From Octopus vulgaris (lineage: Eukaryota), in contig OX597842.1 in the NCBI GenBank assembly GCA_951406725.2, positions 29,512,001 through 29,576,000 of the forward strand: a stretch of DNA of 64,000 nt, given 5' to 3'. Of the stretch, positions 52,201-64,000 are shown in pieces; position 1 is the first letter of the stretch; each line of letters begins with the position of its first letter. The notes under the pieces are model-generated. The model saw only the letters and a list, made by a program, of their open reading frames with translations. It searched no databases and was not told the origin of the DNA. Both the position numbers and the translations under genes were made by a program.

Positions 52201-52840
52201 GTAGTGTTGATGATGCAGGTGGTGGTGGTGGTGGTGGTGGTGATGGTATAGGTTGCAGAAGTGATGGTTGTTGGGGTCATGGTGATAGTGGTGGTCCTTT
52301 TTGCAAGGAAAGGTCAGTTTTGGAGTAGTTGTAGCTGTTTAGCCACAATTCAGCCCAGGTCCTTCAAACCTAGAATCAAAGACACTCCACCCATGACATA
52401 TTCTTTGGATTAACTTTTCACACTATCCCACCACTGGTTGAAAATATTAAGTAGCAATAATATACTGTTCCTGTTTATCTCATCTAATTCTCTTTCTCAG
52501 GTTTTGAGGCCTTGTGTAGGCTATGGGCACTGCCTTACTTTCTTTCACTAATTAATTAGCATGCTTTATGCACAAATACTTTATATGCATATATATGTGC
52601 ATTAGTCTATGATTGTTACATGCACATACTGCATGCACATGTATATGTTTATTTGTTTGTGTTTGTACATACATAAAAACAACACAAGAATCCCAAAACC
52701 GAACTTCAATACAATATATCTCAAAATAACGAGGGGAATATCCGAGTGGATTTTGACATCAAATTACCAATCGAACCCCGATGGATCCAGGTACACTCCA
52801 AGGCTGGCCATTTTGCTGGTTCACAGTCTATTCAATGTGA
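47945..52840 (+). repeat. Segmental duplication copy 1 (R4-type RT fragment, SINE-A, candidate exons), interrupted by an RTE insertion
   Basis: Colinear with 56858-59895 and 61848-63975; [14 protein letters not shown]...GMEFGQKKC RT fragment at 47945-48150. Confidence 0.9.
50226..52094 (+). mobile_element. 5'-truncated RTE LINE (RT with PHD insert, 3' UTR)
   Basis: ORF 50259-51488 is closely similar to 44531-45937; absent from the two paralogous blocks. Confidence 0.95.
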
Positions 52841-53119
52841 AATTTCTTTTCGTCAGTGAACAGCAGTTAGGGCAGCATGCCTTCAACAATCCCCTTGGTG
52901 AGTATTATGATTGTATTTCGGTCTAGAGCCATTATCTAATCCATAAATCTGAATTTATTTGGTCTGAAGCAAACACAAGACACACTATCTATTGATAGTC
53001 ATTAAAGCCCAAAACTTTGGTTCCCTTAATTTCGGAACACCTTCTATAAACTCCCAACTCACGCATTATCATTGTTTCCTTCTCTCTCCCTCCCATTCCA
53101 CAATTTCTCTCTCTCTCTC

Positions 53120-53170
<51 letters not shown>

Positions 53171-53202
53171 TTTATTTAAAAGCAGAAGAAATATAACAAA
53201 AG

Positions 53203-53240
53203 CTGTTACTCAGAGTTTCACGTTCCCGTTTGTCAGACAG
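53203..53240 (-). ncRNA. Minimal hammerhead motif, same family as 47541, G8A (likely inactive)
   Basis: ctgt-CTGACAA-acg ggaa cgt-GAAA-ctc t gag-TA-acag. Confidence 0.6.
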
Positions 53241-53283
53241 TTTTGTGCTTACTCCAGTAGATATATATATATATATATTAATA

Positions 53284-53823
53284 GTTATCGCCATACTTAT
53301 ATGGCAGTCTTATAAATATAAGACTAAAGCTGTCGCTGATTAGCTCCAAGAGGCCACCACCTCAAGCTAGCTATTTGACATAACCTGTGTCCATTATAAA
53401 CCTTCGAACAGGGGAGGTCAGCCGCTTCATCCTGCCAGTCAGACAGCTGCAGACATGTTTCAGGGTATTTGCCCTTTATCAATGCAGCGTAGTCACACCC
53501 AGCAGGTGTCGCTACTGACTGTCCCTGTTCGAAGAATCTATTTACCTAGTTTCAGTGGAATACATCCACTTGTTTTCAATAATAGAAATATTAAAATTAC
53601 TAAGTCTCTCTAAAGGAGATTACGGCAGCGTTACTGGAAATTAATTGTTATCGCCATACTTATATGGCAGTCTTATAAATATAAGACTAAAGCTGTCGCT
53701 GATTAGCTCCAAGAGGCCACCGCTTCAAGCTATTATCACTATTTATATCAATGTTATTATTATTATTATTATTATTATTGTTATCATCATTATTAATATT
53801 ATTTTTATTATTTTTATTTTTAC

Positions 53824-53878
<55 letters not shown>

Positions 53879-56050
53879 GTTGTTGTTATTTCTATTGTTG
53901 ATGCTATTATTACAATTATTACTATTATCTTTGTTGTTACTATTCATTCTACTCCTGGCTAACTTAATGTTTTTACTATTAAGTCTAGCTATTATGGTAG
54001 CCATGTTTGGGAGGGTTGAATATGAAATTCTTACTGATCTCCTAGAAATTATTTTATGATATTTATGGGAGGCTGGGAAATTTTTTCTAGTATAGATTTA
54101 AATCTACAGTACACATTCATCGAGATTGAACAATTAAAGGGGATATTTAGCCAAATGATATTTTCTCTTTTATATTTTTTGTATAAGTCCGAGTGGGAAG
54201 GATTTGTGTTATCAGTATTCGCATGAGAATTATTATTCCTTTTACTACTATTTTTATGCCTATCAGATTTATCTTGGTTGGCATTTTCATATTTATTTAT
54301 GATCTGGTCCCTATTTATATTCCTATAATTTGGTTTATACACTAGGTTTTTCATCATCATCAACATCATCATCGTTTAGCCTTCGCTTTCCATGCTAGCA
54401 TGGGTTGGACGGTTCAACTGGGGTCCGGGAAGCCAGAAGGCTGCACCAGGCTCAGGTTGATCTGGCAATGTTTCTACGGCTTGATGCCCTTCCTAATGCC
54501 AACCACACCATGAGTGTAGTGGGTGCTTTTTCTTCTCCATTAATTTATGTTTATGTAGGGTATGAGAGTTATTATTACTTACGTCATTTATATTCACTTC
54601 ATTATTTGGGAGGTTTGAACTATCCTTATCAAGAAAGGTGATTTCTTGGTCATATCCCGCTTTTGATAATGCGATATTGTAATGGTTAGAGTGAGAGTTA
54701 AATATATCACTATTAGATGATAATTTTGAAATTCTTTGGGAAATATTTCTAACTAATGATTTTAGTATATTCAGGGGATGATTACATGATTTACTTACAT
54801 ATCTAGTGACCTCACCCTCCTTTCTAAGTGGGTAATGTGACTTTGAATTGAGGTCTAATGTAACATCTAGGAAATTAACTATGTTAGTGTTATGTTCATA
54901 AGTAATGCCTAGGTTAAAATCTTTTAAAAATTTGTTAATTTTTCTTTTTTATCCTCTCAATACTTGATTTACTATTGCTAGGTACAACCAACAAAGCATC
55001 GTACCTATATAGACCACCTTGTAACTCAGGGATATCCCTGTTTATGCATTTTAATAAGTATGCTCCTACCAGATTCGTTATCTCCGCTGAGTCACTACAG
55101 CCCATAGGTATATCAAAATTATTGGGGGTATCCGCCCTAGTCCATAATTTACCTTCAAATTCAATGATAGTTTTTCTAGCTAATAGGATTATGTCAATTT
55201 CTTCTCTAGATATGAGAGAGCGATTCATAGCAAAAATAAGCGATTTATTTAGTAGAATGGGGGATATACTTGAATAGTAATTGTTAATATCAAATTGGAT
55301 ACAAGAAATTCTATTAGTGTTATCTAGAGATTTAAACCAATCTATCACTTCATCTGTATTAATCCATAGACTCAAGGGGAGATTAGGAATTATAGAGGGT
55401 AGAATATTGTCCAAAATAGAGTCTTACAGAGGGGTTTTCAAAGAAATTTTTCTTATGGTCCTTAAGATTGATCCTGGGTTCACATGGTATAAGAGGCTCT
55501 GTTCTAATGGTCAGATCGTAATTCACCATAACTTTTTTGATTTCTAAATTGATCTCTCTCAAGTTTTTCTTGGTTGTTACTTTATACCTTAAGTTTAGTT
55601 CCTTTCTAATGAGTTTGCTGTGAGTCGCGTAATCCATTCTGTAAAGATTTCGAGTTTTGTCGGCTGGGACCAGGATCCCCTGTTTATTTTGAATAGATTT
55701 AATGAAATCCTTTAGATGTCAAAGGTGTGGATTGTATCTCAGTGGATGCTCCTTGAATTTTATATTTGTGATAAGGTCCAGTAGATGTTTGTCAAAGCTT
55801 TCAAGCAATGGATTCGGAGGTGGGCTCTTCCTACTTCTAAAAATCTTTTTCTAGTTATTATCCAGGTGTGTTAGTTGAGGGTCGTTTTACTGTTTGGTAT
55901 CGTAGTGGTAAGTAATCCATCTAATTCTTCGGATAAATTCACTGGTTCTGTGGACCAACAGTGATATGTATTCGCCCTTACTACGTAAGGGGATATCCTT
56001 TAAATAAAAATTATGAGTATTCCTATATTTTTCAAATTTTAACTTTTTAT
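53284..56050 (-). mobile_element. Decayed Penelope-like retroelement (RT and linker; GIY-YIG not visible), pLTR at 53284-53730, RTE tail inserted at ~54353-54530
   Basis: PADKT, QFDINNYYSSI, IPMGCSDS, GLYRYD(=YRDD), NFLDVTL, RENIIWLNIPF, RISYSTLPN are Penelope/Poseidon motifs; ~75-bp direct repeat at 53284/53647. Confidence 0.87.
53446..53488 (-). ncRNA. Hammerhead ribozyme with U3-A8 core pair in the 3' pLTR of the Penelope-like element
   Basis: gctgca-TTGATAA-aggg caaata ccct-GAAA-catg-TC-tgcagc: 6-bp stem I, 4-bp stem II, palindromic stem III, GUC triplet. Confidence 0.78.
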
Positions 56051-56561
56051 TATAATAATAGGAAATATACTATATAAGCCTTCAACTTAACTTTCATAGA
56101 TGACTAGAAAAACTTCAGTGTGAAATTGAAATTTTTTTCTAAATCTAATCTAGTTTTAAAATTAACAAAGCTGCCCCCCAGTTATAAAATACTATGCCTA
56201 CTCATAAAAATAAGTGATAGTTTTTTTCTTAGTCTCTGTAAAGGAGATTAATTGACCTTTTGACACTGACCTAGCTTCTTCTCACCAAAGAGCAGTAATT
56301 GGCATTTTGTTAGTGGCAGCTTGAATTCCTTTTATAGTATTCTGAAACCTCCCTTACCCTCATTCCTGAAACTAAAAAAATTCTTTATTACTTCTAATTC
56401 TTATAGCAGTTAGATACAACCATATTTTGGTCAGTTAGTGGCTGGACTTCACAACCTCATATGTTCTTAAAATTGAAATCTACATCTTTATCTGTATATC
56501 TACCTTCTCTAAAATGTTACTACTTGATTTGAAAGCTTTTGTATTATTGGAAAACCTATGT

Positions 56562-56652
56562 AATTGCCTGAAGAGCACTCAGCATCTTAAATCTGCTGTA
56601 ATACTTACAACTTTTAATAAAATGTTGTAGTGCGAAACAATTGTACCAAATT
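56562..56652 (+). ncRNA. Hammerhead ribozyme motif with branched stem II
   Basis: CTGAAGA-gcact[two hairpins]agtgc-GAAA-caattg-TA-ccaaatt; inverted partial copy at ~61798-61848. Confidence 0.68.
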
Positions 56653-56680
56653 ACCGGAGTCAATCTTGTTGCTTATTCAT

Positions 56681-56790
<110 letters not shown>

Positions 56791-56857
56791 CATATATATA
56801 CACAAAAACACATACATAAATACATACGCACAATTGTATATACATACATACAATATC

Positions 56858-58130
56858 ATTGTAACTCATAATTTCTTTGTAGACGACCTGAAGATTTATG
56901 CTAAAAGTGTGAACAATGCTTAAAACCAACTGGAATTAATAACCTTTTCAGCTGAGGTGGGCATGGAATTTGGCCAAAAGAAATGTTCAGATTTGGTTAT
57001 AGAACAAGGAAAGTCAGTACCCCAAACCCAAAACCAGTGCATCAACGGTCTCTCCCGCTTCCTCCCTCTCTCTCTCCTCTCTCTCTCTCTCTCTGTCTTT
57101 TTACGTATATACTCTTTACTCCTTTACTCTTTTACTTGTTTCAGACATTTGACTGCAGCCATGCTGGAGCACCGCCTTTTGTCGAGCAAATCAACCCCAG
57201 GACTTATTCTTTGTAAGCCCAGTACTTATTCTATCGGTCTCTTTTGCCGAACCGCTAAGTTTACTGTTTTGTTTCAGTCATTTGACTGCGGCCATGCTGG
57301 AGCACCGCCTTTTGTCGAGCAAATCAACCCCGGGACTTATTCTTTGTAAGCTCAGTACTTATTCTATCGGTCTCTTTTGCCGAACCACTAAGTGACGGGG
57401 ACGTAAACACACCAACATCGGTTGTCAAGCAATGCTAGGGGGACAAACACAGACACATACACACACATACACATATATACGACAGGCTTCTTTGAGTTTC
57501 CATCTACCAAATCCACTTACAAATACACTTCCATAAATACATATGTACATACATACATACAGGTATAAAAACAGACATGCATACATAATTACATATCTAT
57601 ACATACATGCATACATGTATAACAAAATATGATAGCAGAGTGTGTAAAGTAATATTTAAGTTGAATGATTAACTTAAAACCAACTGGAATTAATTCCAAC
57701 CTTTTCAGCTGCTATTGCTAGACAGCCATTCATCCGACCTTTCAACAGGTCTTGTTTTTAATTTTGTTGGGTTTCTAGCAATGCTCCGCATATGGATATC
57801 CAGGTGGGGTTGCCAGTTTAGTTGCTGACAACCCAACCATGCAACTGGTTGTACTGGATTCCATGTTACCAGCAGCACTTATGAGAGCCTTGTAAGTGAC
57901 CTGACATACAGACAGACATACATAGATACATACATATATATATATATTTGCATACATACAAAGACATACATACAGACATACATACATGCATACATGCAGA
58001 CATACATACATATATACATGCATAGATACATACATACATGCATACACACATACATACATACATACATACATAGATACGTACATACATGCATACATACATG
58101 CATGCATGCATGCATACATCCATACATACA

Positions 58131-58165
<35 letters not shown>

Positions 58166-59895
58166 TTGCATGCTTACAAACATACACACACATACATAAA
58201 TACATATGCACATACATGCAGATTCATACATGCATGCAAACACACATACATACACATATATACACACATACATATGCACCACCAGTTTTAGACGTATCAG
58301 TTTTCCGATTCACTGTTTTGTCCGACATTTGAAATCAGGATAAAAATTCTTAAAATATTTGAAACGAACTCAAAATAAAGAAACAGGATAGAAATTGATT
58401 GTTGCATAACAAAATATGATAGCAGAGTGTGTAAAGTAATATTTATGTTGACCGATTTCTCAATCACAATGTGACTAACATCTCAGGTGTGGCAGTATTA
58501 GTTGACGATATTAAATTACGCCAGGTGCGTTCATTATTCTCGATAATATAAGGAAAGTGATCCTCTCTAAAATTAACGATGATTATCTTGTTGCTGGTGG
58601 TGGTGGTGTTTTGTGTGTGTGTGTGTGTATTTGATATTGTTGGCATTGTTATTGTTGTTGCCCTCTCTTCCAGTTATCTGATCAAATGGCTGAATTGCGG
58701 CCACACATATATTGTCCCTGATATACATATGACTGCATCAAGCTGACACCATAGAGCACGGGTTCGATGTGTGTTGCGGGAAATGCGGCCACGTCTACCT
58801 CTTGTGCTATTTCTAGTGAACATTTAATTCTAGTTAGTTCTAATTTTAGATGTTGTTGTCCAGCTCCCACATCATCTCTAATCCAGAAATCATTTGCTTA
58901 AAGACGTTCTAGCCATGACCATCCTGTCTTTTGGCTATGAGTAATGTTGAAATTACATTATCTACAATAACCTTTCTTTCTTATAAGAGTAAGGCGTGAG
59001 CTGAGTGAGGTTTAGCTGCTTTTTCTATCGGGTCTTCATGATAGCCAATTGAGAGCTTTGAAGTAATTGTTGTGGTTCTCTATGTTCTGAGATCAAATCC
59101 AGCTGAAGTCAAATTCTTTCAGGGTCATTAGATAAACAACTAGATATAGCTACCTTACCTGGGAACTGCACTGACCCCATTAAGGCCCCAACACAAGGCA
59201 TTTGAATAAATCACAGAGTTGGTCTGAGCAGAAATGTGTAGGTTGGTTGTGGTTGTGGTTGTGGTAGTGTTGATGATGCAGGTGGTGGTGGTGGTGGTAA
59301 TGGTATAGGTTGCAGAAGTGATGGTGGTTGGGGTCATGGTGATAGTGGTGGTCCTTTTTGCAAGGAAAGGTCAGTTTTGGAGTAGTTGTAGTTGTTTGGT
59401 CACAATTCAGCCCAGGTCCTTCAAACCTAGCATCAAAGACACTCCACCCATGACATATTCTTTGGATTAACTTTTCACACTATCCCACCACTGGTTGAAA
59501 ATATTAAGTAGCAATAATATACTGTTCCTGTTTATCTCATCTAATTCTCTTTCTCAGGTTTTGAGGCCTTGTGTAGGCTATGGGCACTGCCTTACTTTCT
59601 TTCACTAATTAATTAGCATGCTTTATGCACAAATACTTTATATGCATATATATGTGCATTAGTCTATGATTGTTACATGCACATACTGCATGCACATGTA
59701 TATGTTTATTTGTTTGTGTTTGTACATACATAAAAACAACACAAGAATCCCAAAACGAACTTCAATACAATATATCTCAAAATAACGAGGGGAATATCCG
59801 AGTGGATTTTGACATCAAATTACCAATCGAACCCCGATGGATCCAGCTACACTCCAAGGCTGGCCATTTTGCTGGTTCACAGTCTATTCGATATG
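56858..59895 (+). repeat. Segmental duplication copy 2
   Basis: Colinear with copy 1 but lacks the RTE; its SINE-A has an internal duplication (57133-57390). Confidence 0.9.
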
Positions 59896-61284
<1,389 letters not shown>

Positions 61285-61286
<2 letters not shown>

Positions 61287-61648
61287 CGCAGGAGTGGCTG
61301 TGTGGTAAGTAGCTTGCTAACCAACCACACGGTTGCGGGTTCAGTCCCACTGCGTGGCATCTTGGGCAAGTGTCTTCTGCTATAGCCCCGGGCCGACCAA
61401 TGCCTTGTGAGTGGATTTGGTAGACGGAAACTGAAAGAAGCCTGTCGTATATATGTATATATATGTATATGTGTGTTTGTGTGTCTGTGTTTGTCCCCCT
61501 AGCATTGCTTGACAACCGATGCTGGTGTGTTTACGTCCCCGTCACTTAGCGGTTCAGCAAAAAAAGAGACCGATAGAATAAGTACTAAAAGGTGGTGCTC
61601 CAGCATGGCCGCAGTCAAATGACTGAAACAAGTAAAAGAGTAAAAAGA

Positions 61649-61650
<2 letters not shown>
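61285..61650 (+). mobile_element. Full-length SINE family A within (TA)n
   Basis: Nearly identical to 23767-24127. Confidence 0.93.
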
Positions 61651-61683
<33 letters not shown>

Positions 61684-61847
61684 GCAACAATATAGATTCA
61701 AATGAATATGGTATTTAATTTAGATGCACCAGAATTTTGTATGGTGTTATCCATAAAAATTTGTGGGGTGATTATAAACAAAAGTAAGTACAAAGAATGA
61801 CTCCGGTAATTTGGTACAATTGTTTCGCACTACAACATTTTATTAAA

Positions 61848-63975
61848 ACTGGAATTAATTCCAACCTTTTCAGCTGCTATTGCTAGACAGCCGTTCATCC
61901 GACCTTTCAACAGGTCTTGTTTTTAATTTTGTTGCTCCACATCTGGATATCCAGGTGGGGTTGCCAGTTTAGTTGCTGACAACCCAACCATGCAACTGGT
62001 TGTACTGGATTCCATGTTACCAGCAGCACTTATGAGAGCCTTGTAAGTGACCTGACATACAGACAGACATACATAGATACATACATACATATATATTTGC
62101 ATACTTACAAACACATACATATAGACATACATACATGCATAGATACAGACATAGATACATGCATGCATACATACATACATGCATACACACATACATGCAT
62201 GCATACATACATACATGCATACATACATATGCACATACATACATACATACATACATGCATGCATACATACATGCATGCATGCATACATGCATGCATCCAT
62301 ACATGCATGCATGCATCCATATATGCATGCATGCACACAAAGATGCATACATACATACATATATATTTGCATGCTTACAAACACATACCTACACACATAC
62401 ATACAAACATACACACACATATACATATATACATGCATGCATAAATACATCTGCACATACATGCAGATTCATACATGCATGCAATCACACATACATACAC
62501 ATATATACACACATACATATGCACCACCAGTTTTAGACGTATCAGTTTTCCGATTCAGTGTTTTGTCCGACATTTGAAATCAGGATAAAAATTCTTAAAA
62601 TATTTGAAACAAACTCAAAATAAAGAAACAGGATAGAAATTGATTGTTGCATAACAAAATATGATAGCAGAGTGTGTAAAGTAATATTTATGTTGACCGA
62701 TTTCTCAATCACAACGTGACTAACCTCTCAGGTGTGGCACTATTGGTTGACGATATGAAATTACGCGAGGTGTCTATTATTCTCGTTAATTTAAGAAAAG
62801 TGATCCTCTCTAAATTTAACAATGATTATCTTGTTGCTGGTGGTGGTGGTATTTTGTGTGTGTGTGTGTGTGTGTATTTGATATTGTTGGCATTGTTATT
62901 GTTGTTGCCCTCTCTTCCAGTTATCTGATCAAATGGCTGAATTGCGGCCACACATATATTGTCCCTGATATACATATGACTGCATCAAGCTGACACCATA
63001 GAACACGGGTTCGATGTGTGTCGCGGGAAATGCGGCCACGTCTACCTCTTGTGCTATCTCTAGTGAACATTTGATTCTAGTGAGTTCAAATTTTAGATGT
63101 TGTTCAACTCCCAGATTACCTCTAGTCCAAAAATCATTTACTTAAAAACGTTCTAGCCATGACCATCCTGTCTTTTGGATATGAGTAATGTTGAAATTAC
63201 ATTATCTACAATAGCCTTTCTTTCTTATAAAAGTAAGGTGTGAGCTGAGTGAGGTTTAGCTGCTTTTTCTATCGGGTCATCACAATAGCCAATTGAGAGC
63301 TTTGCAGTAATTGTTGCAGTTGTCTGTGTTCTGAGATCAAATCCAGCTGAAGTCAAATTCTACAGGGTCAATAGATAAACTACTAGATATTGCTACAACA
63401 CCTGAGAACTGCATTGATCCCATTAAGGGCCCAACGCAAGGCATTTGAATAAATCACAGAGTTGGTCTGAGCAGAAATGTGTAGGTTGGTTGTGGTTGTG
63501 GTTGTGGTAGTGTTGATGATGCAGGTGGTGGTTGTGGTGGAGGTGGTGGTGGTGGTGGTGATGGTATAGGTTGCAGAAGTGATTCTGGTTGGGGTCATAG
63601 AGATAGTGGTGGTCCTTTTTGCAAGGAAAGGTCAGTTTTGGAGTAGTTGTAGCTGTTTAGCCCCCTTTCAGCCCAGATCTTTGAAAACCTTGAATCAAAG
63701 ACACTCCACCCATGACATACTCTTTGGATTAACTTTACACACAATCCCACCACCGGTTGAAAATATTAAGTAGCAGTAATATACTGTTCTTGTTTATCTC
63801 ATCTAATTCTCTTTCTCAGGTTTTGAGGCCTTGTGTAGGCTATGGGCGCTGCCATACTTTCCTCCACTAATTAATTAGCATGCTTTATGCACAAATACTT
63901 TATATGCATATATATGGCCATTAGTCTATGATTGTTACATGCACATACTGCATGTACACGTATATGTTTATGTAT
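61848..63975 (+). repeat. Segmental duplication copy 3 (5'-truncated)
   Basis: Begins ACTGGAATTAATTCCAACC; colinear with 48657+ and 57683+. Confidence 0.9.
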
Positions 63976-64000
63976 ATATCATCATCATCGTTTAACGTCC

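Noticed and set aside
53645-54059. Poly-Ile/Leu/Asn ORFs
   Set aside because: (TAT)n microsatellite within the decayed Penelope element.

Overview
AT-rich, repeat-dense animal DNA. The SINE, RTE and C2H2 families strongly suggest an Octopus (coleoid cephalopod) genome. Two host genes are supported. (i) The 3' part of a spliced + strand gene (7 exons, 452-10020) encodes ankyrin repeats, a MIB/IAP-type C3HC4 RING, two tandem 51-nt micro-exons and a C-terminal death domain. (ii) A - strand 9-finger C2H2 zinc-finger gene (35944-36771) has a CpG-rich, octamer-containing upstream module. The rest is mobile DNA: RTE-clade LINEs, an R4/Dong-type RLE element inside (TAA)n, Tx1/L1-clade and CR1 fragments, a Penelope-like element (PLE), two SINE families, Helitron/MITE/solo-LTR copies, long microsatellites, a ~265-bp CT-rich satellite and a triplicated 2-3 kb block. 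The most interesting signals are: six minimal hammerhead-ribozyme motifs from five sequence families with palindromic stem III, one carrying a compensatory U3-A8 core pair; a C4HC3 PHD finger inserted inside the reverse-transcriptase domain of the RTE LINE; and micro-exons that appear to have been born by duplication and 21-nt deletion of the first death-domain exon. All calls were made by eye; no database searches were run.
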